Below are positions 10,918-19,678 of a DNA stretch of 64,000 nucleotides, in pieces. The DNA lies in assembly GCA_965248435.1 (NCBI GenBank), contig OZ252100.1:2048001-2112000 (forward strand), read 5' to 3'. The stretch is from Candidatus Latescibacterota bacterium (GTDB taxonomy: Bacteria; Latescibacterota; UBA2968; GCA-2709665). Under the pieces are notes generated by a model. The model did not search any database, had not been told where the DNA came from, and saw nothing but the letters and a program-made list of their open reading frames with translations. Position 1 is the first letter of the stretch. Each line of letters begins with the position of its first letter. The translations under genes and the position numbers were made by a program.

Positions 10918-11093
10918 CACGCTGTGTTGTCCTTTGTCATCGAGAAAGGAATAAAGGAGCGACCATAACGCTCTTTGTCTTTTACGATTTTCTGTTCTTT
11001 AAAAAGGAGATAGCTATTGCAGAGAATCCCCGCCAGATAATTTATCTCACGGGGATCTCATATTACATAACATGCTTGAAAGGTTAAATCGAA

Positions 11094-11158
11094 TATTAAC
11101 GGCTCGCGTCCACCGGTAAAATGCGAGCGCAGCGAGTAGTTTAAACGCTTTGTTAGAT
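11094..11158 (-). repeat. Classical-looking integron attC (different family, possibly damaged)
   Basis: Minus strand ATCTAAC AAAGC GTTTAAAC...TCGCTGCGCTCG...GTTAATA, with the canonical 5-nt spacer and an L-box. Confidence 0.5.
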
Positions 11159-11212
11159 TTATGTGCTCGACGATACTCCGTGCTTATCATACCCTAACGA
11201 CCGCATACCTTA

Positions 11213-11671
11213 TTAAAAACGGCGCACAGCTAGAAAAACGCCAATAGCCATAAATACCAGCCCAACGAAACGTTGAACAGATATTGGGTGATGAGGAGCA
11301 CCCAATAGACTGTAGTGATCAATGATTGCCATTGAAATGAGCTGGCCTAACAATACCAAAGCGACAGCATTTCCAACACCAAACCTGGGCGCAACCCAAG
11401 TTATGCTGAGAATATAAAATATTACAAATAGCCCACCTAGATAGAAATAGATGGGGATTGAAGTTTGAGGGTTAAACTTAGGCATACCTTCGAAGATGAA
11501 CAAGAACCCAAGGGAAACTACGATGCCCACCGTAAATAGGATTGTTGTAGCTAATGCTGGGCTTTGGAGTTTTTCGCCTAACCCTCCGTTCAACGCGGCC
11601 ATTACTGGAATTCCTAGGCCTGCAATCAACATTAAAACTGCGTAAAAGATTGAATGATGCAGTCCGTTCAT
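11213..11671 (-). CDS. DMT family transporter (YdcZ-like)
   Basis: AGLGIPVMAALNG...YLGGL...GQL...IIDHY; hydrophobic, AT-rich. Confidence 0.85.
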   Translation of the reverse strand: MNGLHHSIFYAVLMLIAGLGIPVMAALNGGLGEKLQSPALATTILFTVGIVVSLGFLFIFEGMPKFNPQTSIPIYFYLGGLFVIFYILSITWVAPRFGVGNAVALVLLGQLISMAIIDHYSLLGAPHHPISVQRFVGLVFMAIGVFLAVRRF

Positions 11672-11748
11672 TGAGGTATCCTCATATGGGTAGGGTTTGT
11701 TTTTGCTCCCTTATGCTTTTCCCATCACACAAAAAATAACATTGCGTG

Positions 11749-11827
11749 TAACGTTCTTTGTGTGTGCGAACCTGCGAAGCAGGTTTTCAGTGAGGGGCGG
11801 ATGCCCCGAACGGCACACACAATGTTA
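11749..11827. repeat. attC-like site
   Basis: TAAC GTTCT TTGTGTGTGC...AACCTGC/GCAGGTT...GGGGC/GCCCC...GCACACACAA T GTTA. Confidence 0.9.
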
Positions 11828-11848
11828 CCTGCCGTGGCAGTTCTCGCG

Positions 11849-12787
11849 CTATCCTGATAGGTCTTTGGTCCAAGCCTCATACAGTTCGTAGTCGGGCCCC
11901 ATAACAGACTCATAGAATGCGTTAGCTCCTGAATTTCCACCGTGAACAGAGGCAACAGTCGCTCCCATTCGCCGCAGTCTTCTGAGGCCCTCCGTCATCA
12001 CTGCTCTGCCTAGTCCCTTCTTCTGATGAGCTGGGACGGTCGCCACAGGCTCGACATATCCGCTACGAGTCACATCATCGAACCAAATCGTACAGAACGC
12101 AGCGATTGAGCCGTCTTGTGCGGCAGCAACAAGATCTAAGTCTCGGCGGTAGAGAGGGGCAGTCTGGATACTACGATACCAGGTGGGGTCGTCTCGGTTG
12201 TCCACGGCTACCTTGATGTCACCTTTATGGAACCCAAGCCCCGACGCATAGCAGCGCTCCAGTAGCTCCAACCCTTCGCCGACAGATCGAATCGTATATC
12301 CCTCAGGGAGATGGATACAGGGCAAATCGTCTTGTAGTTGCCGACGCCATTGGTGGAATCCATTACCCCTGCTATAACCCTTCTCTCCAAGAATATCTTC
12401 GCGCATCACATCTTGATTCGTTGCCCATATTTCCAGCCGCTTTGAGCCGTCTAGATCCACACACGGGAGGCAGCTCTCAGCAACGTCGATCATCTCCTCC
12501 TCTAAATCGGGAGTCCGAAAGTCAGGATGGACACACAAATGTGCTTCTCCTGGACCTCCATCCGCTATCAGAAGGGCGATGATTCTGCTTTCAGCCTCCC
12601 ACAAGAAGACGACTTCCCCGAATGGCACGCCGGTGCAGTTTGGACAGACGTGCCACCTTGTGTAGTCGAGCCGAGCGACGTGCCAGCTACGTTCCAGACG
12701 TTTGTTCAGCAAGAACACTTCGCGAAGAAAGTCGCGCAAGCGCCAGTAGTCATCCTCTGATTCGTAGGCGCGAAATACGTGACTCAT
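11849..12787 (-). CDS. GNAT acetyltransferase (two-domain)
   Basis: VEPVATVPAHQKKGLG; start taken at MSHVF. Confidence 0.85.
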   Translation of the reverse strand: MSHVFRAYESEDDYWRLRDFLREVFLLNKRLERSWHVARLDYTRWHVCPNCTGVPFGEVVFLWEAESRIIALLIADGGPGEAHLCVHPDFRTPDLEEEMIDVAESCLPCVDLDGSKRLEIWATNQDVMREDILGEKGYSRGNGFHQWRRQLQDDLPCIHLPEGYTIRSVGEGLELLERCYASGLGFHKGDIKVAVDNRDDPTWYRSIQTAPLYRRDLDLVAAAQDGSIAAFCTIWFDDVTRSGYVEPVATVPAHQKKGLGRAVMTEGLRRLRRMGATVASVHGGNSGANAFYESVMGPDYELYEAWTKDLSG

Positions 12788-12876
12788 TGGATCGCCTCCC
12801 CAGATTTCCATCTGACGTAACGCCAACACTCATTACTCTATTTCTCACAGGCTGATCTTGACACTGCCATGGCAGG

Positions 12877-12956
12877 TAACGTTCTCGCGGGCTGCGAACC
12901 TGCGTCAGCAGGTTGGGCGAAGTGGCGAATGCCACGAGCCGCAGCCCGCCGTGTTA
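12877..12956. repeat. attC-like site
   Basis: TAAC GTTCT CG CGGGCTGCG AACCTGC/GCAGGTT GTGGC/GCCAC CGCAGCCCG C CG T GTTA. Confidence 0.92.
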
Positions 12957-13028
12957 TGTGCTTTGCCAGCCTGGGGCGGATGGCTCTGGCGGTGCCGTCC
13001 CCGAAACGCCGAGGTATTTTCAACCCAA

Positions 13029-13712
13029 TTAAGAATTAAGTTCACTCAAGGAAGGACCATCTCCTTCAGTTTCGTATAGCCAAGCTTCCAAGTTTCTCTT
13101 GATTGCAGGCCACTCGTCGTCCATCATCGCATACCAGGCAGTATCCCGGTTTTTGCCCTTGATAATCATATGCTGTCTGAAGATCCCCTCAAACTTGAAT
13201 CCCAGTCGAATTGCTGCGGACCGCGATCGCTCATTCACGGCGTCACACTTCCACTCTACTCGTCGATAGGCCAGGCGATCGAACGCCTCAGAAAGCATCA
13301 AGTAGACACATTCAGTATTGACTTTCGTTCTCTGAGCTTCCGGACCGTACCAGATATGTCCGAGTTCGAGCCTTCTCATGTCTGCGACTACGTTCAGGAA
13401 GGCAACCATGCCCACTCGTTTCTGAGATTCCTCCTGGTGAACAGTAAGAAACAGGGGGTCATCCGAGTTCTCGGTGCTTTCCAGCCAAGAGGCCATTGAA
13501 TCTTGGCTTGCAAACGGTCCGTACCCCATATAGGTCCAGAGTAATTCTCCATCCACCGTCCCGTGCGAGCACTCGTAAAGCTCTTGCGCGTCCTGCTTTG
13601 CCTCGACTGGTGCGAGAGTCACGAACTTTCCAGAATAAACTCTTCTCTCTGGAAGATCCTGTGGACTTCCCACGTTAGCAGGCTCTCCAGCGAGCAAGGA
13701 ATTCGAACTCAC
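13029..13712 (-). CDS. GNAT acetyltransferase (RimL/YdaF-like)
   Basis: ELGHIW, YRRVEWKCD, RLGFKFEGIFRQH, NRDTAWY. Confidence 0.9.
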   Translation of the reverse strand: MSSNSLLAGEPANVGSPQDLPERRVYSGKFVTLAPVEAKQDAQELYECSHGTVDGELLWTYMGYGPFASQDSMASWLESTENSDDPLFLTVHQEESQKRVGMVAFLNVVADMRRLELGHIWYGPEAQRTKVNTECVYLMLSEAFDRLAYRRVEWKCDAVNERSRSAAIRLGFKFEGIFRQHMIIKGKNRDTAWYAMMDDEWPAIKRNLEAWLYETEGDGPSLSELNS

Positions 13713-13795
13713 ACAGTATCTCCTGTAGGTAGATTGCGGGTAAACCTACGGCGCTAGGGATAGCGGCGTTCGTTTGGTTAGGCTGGCATTGCATA

Positions 13796-13875
13796 TAACG
13801 GTCCCAGGCCTTGCGAACCTGCCGCAGGCGGGTTGCAGTGAGGGCCGTCAGGCTCGAACCGCAAGGCCTGTGTTA
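13796..13875. repeat. attC-like site
   Basis: TAAC GGTCC CAGGCCTTGCG...CGCAAGGCCTG T GTTA. Confidence 0.92.
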
Positions 13876-13942
13876 AGCGCTGCCCCGGTCGTGATCTCAT
13901 AGGCAGATGCTGACAGGACAAGAACGCGTCAGTCGGTGCTGC

Positions 13943-14728
13943 CTATTCAGAGCGTATTGTGCCCCAAGCAATCTGAGTACGCACCGGGTACGAGATCTTT
14001 CCATCGGAGGCATACGGTGCCAAGATTTCCTTGAGTTCTTGATCAAACTCAGCTAACCAAGGTCCGAGTCTAGATGGTGCAAAGGTGTTGCGAGAGTGCT
14101 GGCAGAGCACAAAGTCGTCTATCGTCTGCGATACTGGATCCGACAAGATGGATGTTTCGCCAGAGATGTTGATGAATTGCCTGTATTGGTTGATGAAATC
14201 CTGATAAGGAAGATCTCCTCGGAGTTCGTATTTACCGGCTTCTTTCAGTCTTCTAACCCAGCGCTCTACCAGGTCACGCCATTTGCCTTCCCAGGGGGGA
14301 TCAAACGCCCCATCTCCATCCACCACCGCGAGAACGTGCTCTTCGGACACGGCACGGTGGAGGCGAGGAAATAGAGCAGCGTGATCCATCCAATGAATGC
14401 TGGCCGCAGCTACCACAAGATCATAGGGTATCCCCACGAGAGGGAACGATTCCGCGGTATCCTCTACCCAGGTGACATTTGATGTCGTGTCTTCTGCCAG
14501 GGATTTCGCGACGGAAAGCATCGCACTCGAAGGATCAACTGCAGTAGCTCTATTGAAAGAGTGACAGAGGCGGCGTACGATCTTCCCCGTCCCGCATCCT
14601 ATATCCAGAAGGGAATCATAGCGAGGACTGACTTCCAAGAGCTTCGCGTAGACTCCATCGCAGTACGGCGCCCGATACGCGTAGTTCCGAACAACGTCTT
14701 CATCCTCAAAGGCTCTACCTATCTTCAT
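13943..14728 (-). CDS. Class I SAM methyltransferase
   Basis: LDIGCGTG, VDPSSAML, AASIHWMD. Confidence 0.9.
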   Translation of the reverse strand: MKIGRAFEDEDVVRNYAYRAPYCDGVYAKLLEVSPRYDSLLDIGCGTGKIVRRLCHSFNRATAVDPSSAMLSVAKSLAEDTTSNVTWVEDTAESFPLVGIPYDLVVAAASIHWMDHAALFPRLHRAVSEEHVLAVVDGDGAFDPPWEGKWRDLVERWVRRLKEAGKYELRGDLPYQDFINQYRQFINISGETSILSDPVSQTIDDFVLCQHSRNTFAPSRLGPWLAEFDQELKEILAPYASDGKISYPVRTQIAWGTIRSE

Positions 14729-14783
14729 GCTGCCCCCGCTGAAATCGAGCGACGGATGTCTTTCCTTCGACCGGGGTTGCGCT

Positions 14784-14861
14784 TAACGTTCTCGGCACCC
14801 ACGAACCTGCGAAGCAGGTTGGAGCGGAGGCCGAATGGCCGGAGCCGAGGGTGCCGTGTTA
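14784..14861. repeat. attC-like site
   Basis: TAAC GTTCT CGGCACCCACG...CGAGGGTGCCG T GTTA. Confidence 0.92.
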
Positions 14862-14880
14862 ACCGCTGTGCCGGTTTATT

Positions 14881-15342
14881 TCACGACTCAAGTAGTGCAC
14901 GCATATCTGCGATGATCTTTTGGTATTCATCAGGATCTAGATGAACAATCTGTTCATTGATTTCCGTAAACAAGTACGGCGCAGCCTCATATGACTGAAC
15001 AATAATGTGGCAGTGTATGTGAGGGCAGCCGTTGCCGTATACGGCATAGTTTATCTTGGGTGATGAATAGAGCTTGTTCAGTGCCTGGGCAACTGACGCA
15101 ACATCCTGCCAGAACTCTGAGAGTTCTTGAGGAGATAGATCGAAAAGCTCACATACATGCCGCTTGAAAGCAACAATAGTCCAGCCGCGTAAGTATTGAT
15201 TGCGCGGCAGCCTGACGAAGCTTTGCTTGAGTTCGACCACGAGAAAACCATGTGGATTTTCCTCAAGGTGGATGTCGGCGCACATCGGGCAGCCGATGCC
15301 CTTTCTTAGTCGTTCCCACTCTTCCCAAGAAGGCCAAGCCAT
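14881..15342 (-). CDS. HIT family protein
   Basis: CPMC, KINY, PHIHCH. Confidence 0.88.
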   Translation of the reverse strand: MAWPSWEEWERLRKGIGCPMCADIHLEENPHGFLVVELKQSFVRLPRNQYLRGWTIVAFKRHVCELFDLSPQELSEFWQDVASVAQALNKLYSSPKINYAVYGNGCPHIHCHIIVQSYEAAPYLFTEINEQIVHLDPDEYQKIIADMRALLES

Positions 15343-15399
15343 AGAAAACGCTCCAAATCACTTATGAATATGCCCGAAGCCCCAAACCGGCATTGCGGT

Positions 15400-15531
15400 T
15401 AACGTTCTCGCGGGCTGCGAACCTGCCAAGCTGGCGCGGCGCTTGCAAACGAGGTTTCAAAGCAAGCGCCGTGACAGCGACAGGCAGGTTGCGCGAGGGG
15501 CGAATGCCACGAGCCGCAGCCCGGCGTGTTA
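15400..15531. repeat. attC-like site, long variant
   Basis: Family ends plus an inserted hairpin GGCGCTTGC-loop-GCAAGCGCC. Confidence 0.92.
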
Positions 15532-16425
15532 GCCGCCGGCCGGCTCTTCAGAGGTTTCCCACCCGGGCAGTCGAGATTCAATGTAGTCCACCAGCAATTT
15601 GTACCTGATAGCCAGCTTGGTGTTCTTCGCTTCTCGGTACTCCTGGAGTTTCTCCTGCGCAAACTGAAGTGCCTGCTCGGGGAGCTCGGGATCTCCGCCT
15701 ACGTACGTTCGGAATCCTTCACCTAAATAGTCGAGAATTGTGTTACCATCGATGTCCCTTGCGATGAGACTGAGGCACAACCCAGACATCTCCTGGTTGA
15801 ACGAATCGAATTCGTCTTTGGGATCGAGATTCCTTTCTTGGAGAAGGTAGTTAACCATCTCTGTGCCTATTGTGATTCTCGGGTATTGGGCAACCTTGCT
15901 CTCTAGGTTGTATGCCCTAGCCACCGCAGGTCCGTATAGTTCACCTTCCCGCATTTCCATGCCGATTCCTACATCTAAGCCTCCTCGGAGAGGATGTTTG
16001 CTGGCTAGAGAGATCAGCATAACCGAGGCGCACGCGGAGAGAAGTCCCCATACTGATCGAAACGGCATCCTCCCGGCGCTTTCCGAGAGCGCGACAAAGA
16101 CAACAATCCCATCAGAATAGCGTTGAAACTTTATCTTGCTTCCAGTAAGAGCCTTGTACAAATCTGGATTCTGGGTTTTAAGTCCCTCAGGAATCCTTCT
16201 CTTTTCCATAATTCCGCCAAAGAACTCTTCAAACATCTTGTGAAGGCCATCCACAACGCCAAATGTACGCTTCAGCTGGTCGATAAACGCGCGCATCTCC
16301 TCTTCATTGTCTACGTCGGGCAGAGAATCGAGTCGAGATAGCTCCTCCTGTTGTCCCAGAAGATCGATGAACCCGACCAAATGAAAACAAACTTCGTAGC
16401 GATCATCATTCTCTTCAGTAGACAT
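15529..16425 (-). CDS. Hypothetical protein with nucleotidyl-cyclase-like motifs
   Basis: FIDLLG, YSDGIV, LRGGLDVG, GPAVARAYNLES...YPRI. The TAA stop lies within the site core. Start trimmed to MSTEE. Confidence 0.6.
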   Translation of the reverse strand: MSTEENDDRYEVCFHLVGFIDLLGQQEELSRLDSLPDVDNEEEMRAFIDQLKRTFGVVDGLHKMFEEFFGGIMEKRRIPEGLKTQNPDLYKALTGSKIKFQRYSDGIVVFVALSESAGRMPFRSVWGLLSACASVMLISLASKHPLRGGLDVGIGMEMREGELYGPAVARAYNLESKVAQYPRITIGTEMVNYLLQERNLDPKDEFDSFNQEMSGLCLSLIARDIDGNTILDYLGEGFRTYVGGDPELPEQALQFAQEKLQEYREAKNTKLAIRYKLLVDYIESRLPGWETSEEPAGG

Positions 16426-16454
16426 GATCAGCCTCGGATTTTCCGGCTGGCGGC

Positions 16455-16532
16455 TAACGTTCTCGGCACCCACGAACCCGCGTAGCGAGTTGGGCGGAGG
16501 CCGGATGGCCGGAGCCGTGGGTGCTCGTGTTA
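16455..16532. repeat. attC-like site
   Basis: TAAC GTTCT CG GCACCCACG...CGTGGGTGC T CG T GTTA. Confidence 0.92.
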
Positions 16533-16630
16533 TAGGATGCCCGACCCAATTGATTGAATCGCACCAGAGTTTATCCGGAAGATCATCTGGAATCGGACTC
16601 AGCGTGAGAACGAAGGTCACGAATCTGCCA

Positions 16631-17233
16631 TCAATGGGACCCGGGAAAGGGACAGTGATAGGGAATCGTGAGGAAGTCAGCGACGGCCTGGTCGCCCAGA
16701 TTGACAGGATCGCCCTTCTCCAAACGTTGTGTGATATTCGATCCGCAAATATTGAACGCGTCGACAAGCTTTGGGATGTCGCCGTCGAATAGGACGTTAT
16801 CGGGATTCCAGTCCATTCCGGCGAAGTAGGGAAGATTGTCAGCCTGCCGAAGCCCTTTTCTAAGAATGCAACCGAGCTGGTCTATTTCGGGGTCTGCTGT
16901 CTTGTCTTCCTCCAGCGTAGCCTTCAGCACGTCAAGGAACCCCTGCTGCTTTTCCCTCTCACGTTTGAAATACCTGGGCGTCTCGACAACAAAGCCATTT
17001 CGCTGCAACGAGATTATGGACCGGATTTGTGGCAGATTCGTATGTGGGTTTTCTCTGCATAGTCTTGCAAATATGAGGTAGGCGGGATCGAACGGGGTGA
17101 GCTTGACGACATGGTCTGCATGAGGCGTCAGGAAGACGAGAGACCAGTCACCAGAGGCGAGCTGCGTGTATCCAGCATCAAGGAAAGCATATGCCGCCTG
17201 CCGGTAAGTTAGTGACTCAAGATCCAATATCAT
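16631..17233 (-). CDS. Hypothetical kinase-like protein
   Basis: VVKL, DWNPDNVLF, LVDAF resemble kinase/phosphotransferase motifs. Confidence 0.5.
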   Translation of the reverse strand: MILDLESLTYRQAAYAFLDAGYTQLASGDWSLVFLTPHADHVVKLTPFDPAYLIFARLCRENPHTNLPQIRSIISLQRNGFVVETPRYFKREREKQQGFLDVLKATLEEDKTADPEIDQLGCILRKGLRQADNLPYFAGMDWNPDNVLFDGDIPKLVDAFNICGSNITQRLEKGDPVNLGDQAVADFLTIPYHCPFPGSH

Positions 17234-17282
17234 AACGTCCGGAATCTCGTGATAAATAGGATTTCAGGGAGGGCATTTCCTA

Positions 17283-17417
17283 TAACGTTCTCGCGGGCTG
17301 CGAACCTGCCAAGCTGGCGTGGCGCTTGCAATCAACGTCTATCAAAGCAAGCGCCGTGACAGCGACAGGCAGGTTGGGCGAAGTGGCGAATGCCACGAGC
17401 CGCAGCCCGTCGTGTTA
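17283..17417. repeat. attC-like site, long variant
   Basis: Family ends plus the inserted hairpin. Confidence 0.92.
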
Positions 17418-17444
17418 TGCGCTTGTGCTGCGAATGCGTGTCCG

Positions 17445-18242
17445 TTAGAAGGGAATGCGCAGCCCATCATATGCCATTTTGAGCCCTGGATTCTCCCTGA
17501 GAACGTCGGTGCGCCTGTCCTCGTCGAATCCTGCAATTAGTGCCCCGTCCCTCCAACTGTGAAAAGACATGTGTGTCAGGATACACTCTCTGCTTCCTAT
17601 CTCCTTCCAGACTTCGATCGCTCCCGCGATATCAAGGTTGTGCCAACCTTCTGCATCAAGCTCATCCATTGTAGCCTCCAGAATGAGCAAGTCCACACCG
17701 CTAAGTAACTCTAATGTGTCATCCGGCGGCCGGACGCCATCGCCCAGATAGGCGATTCGTCGCTTACCCTCAATGATGAAACCAACACTATCTTTGAAAT
17801 GAGACGTCTTGACCGGAATATAGCGCAGTAAGCCAATATTCAAGGTCATCCCTGCTTCAATCACACGTAAATCGCAGGTTTTCTTCATATAACTCAGTTC
17901 CTGCTCCAAATGGACCAATCCCGACGCAGGAGTGTATAATGGGAGCTTTTCCCATTTGTGAATAAATGCGGCTTCGTGAAACTCCCCAAGCCCCGCGATG
18001 TGGTCAAAATGCCAGTGAGTGATGAGGATCGCATCCACCTTCTGGATTGACTCCCTTTCAAGCTGTTCGGCTATGTCGGGTCCCGCATCGATAAGTGTCG
18101 TCTGGCTATCTATGATTGCAAGAGCAGATCGCGTTCGTCTAGCAATGGCACCTTGGCGAGTTGCCTCGCAAATGGCGCAGGAGCAATGAAAGGAAGGGAG
18201 CCGCAGGGCAGCAGCAGTTCCAAGGAAGGCTATCTCAGGCAA
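17445..18242 (-). CDS. MBL-fold metallohydrolase (PhnP-like)
   Basis: FLGT, CSCAIC, IDAGPD, THWHFDH. Confidence 0.9.
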   Translation of the reverse strand: MPEIAFLGTAAALRLPSFHCSCAICEATRQGAIARRTRSALAIIDSQTTLIDAGPDIAEQLERESIQKVDAILITHWHFDHIAGLGEFHEAAFIHKWEKLPLYTPASGLVHLEQELSYMKKTCDLRVIEAGMTLNIGLLRYIPVKTSHFKDSVGFIIEGKRRIAYLGDGVRPPDDTLELLSGVDLLILEATMDELDAEGWHNLDIAGAIEVWKEIGSRECILTHMSFHSWRDGALIAGFDEDRRTDVLRENPGLKMAYDGLRIPF

Positions 18243-18319
18243 GTCAAATTCCTTTAGTCATTCCGCAGTTGAGGCTCGCAGCACTGCGCATTGTATCTTG
18301 AAAATATGATCTATTTGTA

Positions 18320-18490
18320 GATTATCTTGGTTCGAAGAAGACCTCTGGGGAGGCCGGATTGCGCATGAAGGCATTGACCTTGGACGTTAGATAGGCCCCC
18401 CGCCTTCTTGGCCCATGCCGAGGAGTATCCGAGACCCGAGAGTCTGTATCACAAGGCTGGTAGGCCAGGTGCAAGGTCGGGGGACCAGAG
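18320..18490 (+). ncRNA. Predicted IS110 bridge RNA (boundaries approximate)
   Basis: Two stem-enclosed loops. ATTGCGCAT (18358-18366) and ACGTTAG (18384-18390) match the target; GGAGTATC (18422-18429) and ACAAG (18451-18455) match the donor. Confidence 0.8.
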
Positions 18491-18513
18491 GTACAAATAA
18501 GGAGGGAGAGATC

Positions 18514-19506
18514 ATGAAGCAAGAGAATCTGTTGGGGGTAGATGTCTCAGCCCGGGAGCTGGTGGTCGCGATCCGTCGCTCAGGGAAAGCGTATCCACTG
18601 GCAAGATTTCCCAACACAGGCGAAGGGCACCGTCGATTGATCAAGTGGGCGACAAAGTGGGGAAAGCCGGCTCGAGTGGGAGTCGAGGCCACAGGCATCT
18701 ATAGTTTTGAGGTGGCGTTGGCGTTGTATCGGCATCCGAAGACTCAGGTGATGGTAATCAACCCCAGAGCGCTGAGGAATTTCTCTCAGGCTTTGATGAA
18801 ACGGGGGAAAACCGACCCGATCGATGCGGAAGTGGCATTGGAGTATGTGCAGCGGATGCCCTTCCAGACGTGGCAGGCACCCCGTGATGAAGTACTTGAC
18901 CTGCAGGCGATTACACGCCGGATCGCGCAGATCAAAGTCGAGATCAACCGGGAAGGAAACCGGCTTCACGCTTCCACGCAACGCCCATCGGTCGCGTCTG
19001 CGGTCGCCTTGGACATCGAAGAGCATGTTGAACATCTCAAAGCGCGTGTGCAGCAGCTGAAAGCGCGGGCTCTGGAGCTCATTGAGGGGGAAGCCACTCT
19101 GCGCGAGAAGTTCGCGCGATTGACTTCCGTTCACGGGATCGCAGCAACCAGCGCGATGGGCATTCTGGCAGAGATTTCGATGTTGCCTGCCGACATGAAG
19201 CCTGCCCAATGGGTGGCCTACGCAGGCCTGGATCCACGACCCCACGAATCGGGAGACACGATTCAGAAGCGCCGAGTGATCTCCAAAGCGGGGAATAAGT
19301 ACTTACGAACCGCCTTATATATGCCAGCGCTGGTGGCCATTCAACAGCAGCCCAATGTGAAGGCGTTCTACGAAAAACTCATCAGTCGAGGCAAGAAGCC
19401 CATGCAGGGGGTCATCGCGGTGATGCGAAAGCTGCTTCACTCCATCTGGGGTATTCTCCAACACAACCAGGACTTCGACGGAGAAAAGTTCTACAAAATG
19501 GCTTGA
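18514..19506 (+). CDS. IS110 family DEDD recombinase
   Basis: GVDVS, VEATG, KTDPIDA, ESG, ISKAGNKYLR, AVMRKL; RBS GGAGG before ATG 18514. Confidence 0.95.
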   Translation: MKQENLLGVDVSARELVVAIRRSGKAYPLARFPNTGEGHRRLIKWATKWGKPARVGVEATGIYSFEVALALYRHPKTQVMVINPRALRNFSQALMKRGKTDPIDAEVALEYVQRMPFQTWQAPRDEVLDLQAITRRIAQIKVEINREGNRLHASTQRPSVASAVALDIEEHVEHLKARVQQLKARALELIEGEATLREKFARLTSVHGIAATSAMGILAEISMLPADMKPAQWVAYAGLDPRPHESGDTIQKRRVISKAGNKYLRTALYMPALVAIQQQPNVKAFYEKLISRGKKPMQGVIAVMRKLLHSIWGILQHNQDFDGEKFYKMA

Positions 19507-19522
19507 CCACCAAGAGAGTATC

Positions 19523-19609
19523 TAACGTTCCCGCCACTTGCGAACCCGCCCCCAGGCGGGTTGCCGCAGGCCAAGGCGCGGATGCGCCGCAGCGCAAGTG
19601 GACGTGTTA
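19523..19609. repeat. attC-like site (IS110 target)
   Basis: TAAC GTTCC CG CCACTTGCG...CGCAAGTGG A CG T GTTA. Confidence 0.9.
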
Positions 19610-19678
19610 TGGGCTTGTGCCAGTTTGGAATTGGGCAAGAACATACAGTGGACGGCTATTACCTAGATTCCCAGGTCT

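Larger units (their letters stand above)
18292..19523 (+). mobile_element. IS110-family insertion sequence inserted at a cassette core site
   Basis: Removing it restores ...GCACTGCGCATAACGTT. The ends rejoin as AGAGTATCTTGTAT. Confidence 0.9.

Noticed and set aside
12877-12956. tRNA or intrinsic terminator interpretation of the branched repeat
   Set aside because: No T-loop, anticodon arm or CCA pattern, and no U-tract. The conserved AAC/GTT ends fit a recombination site better.
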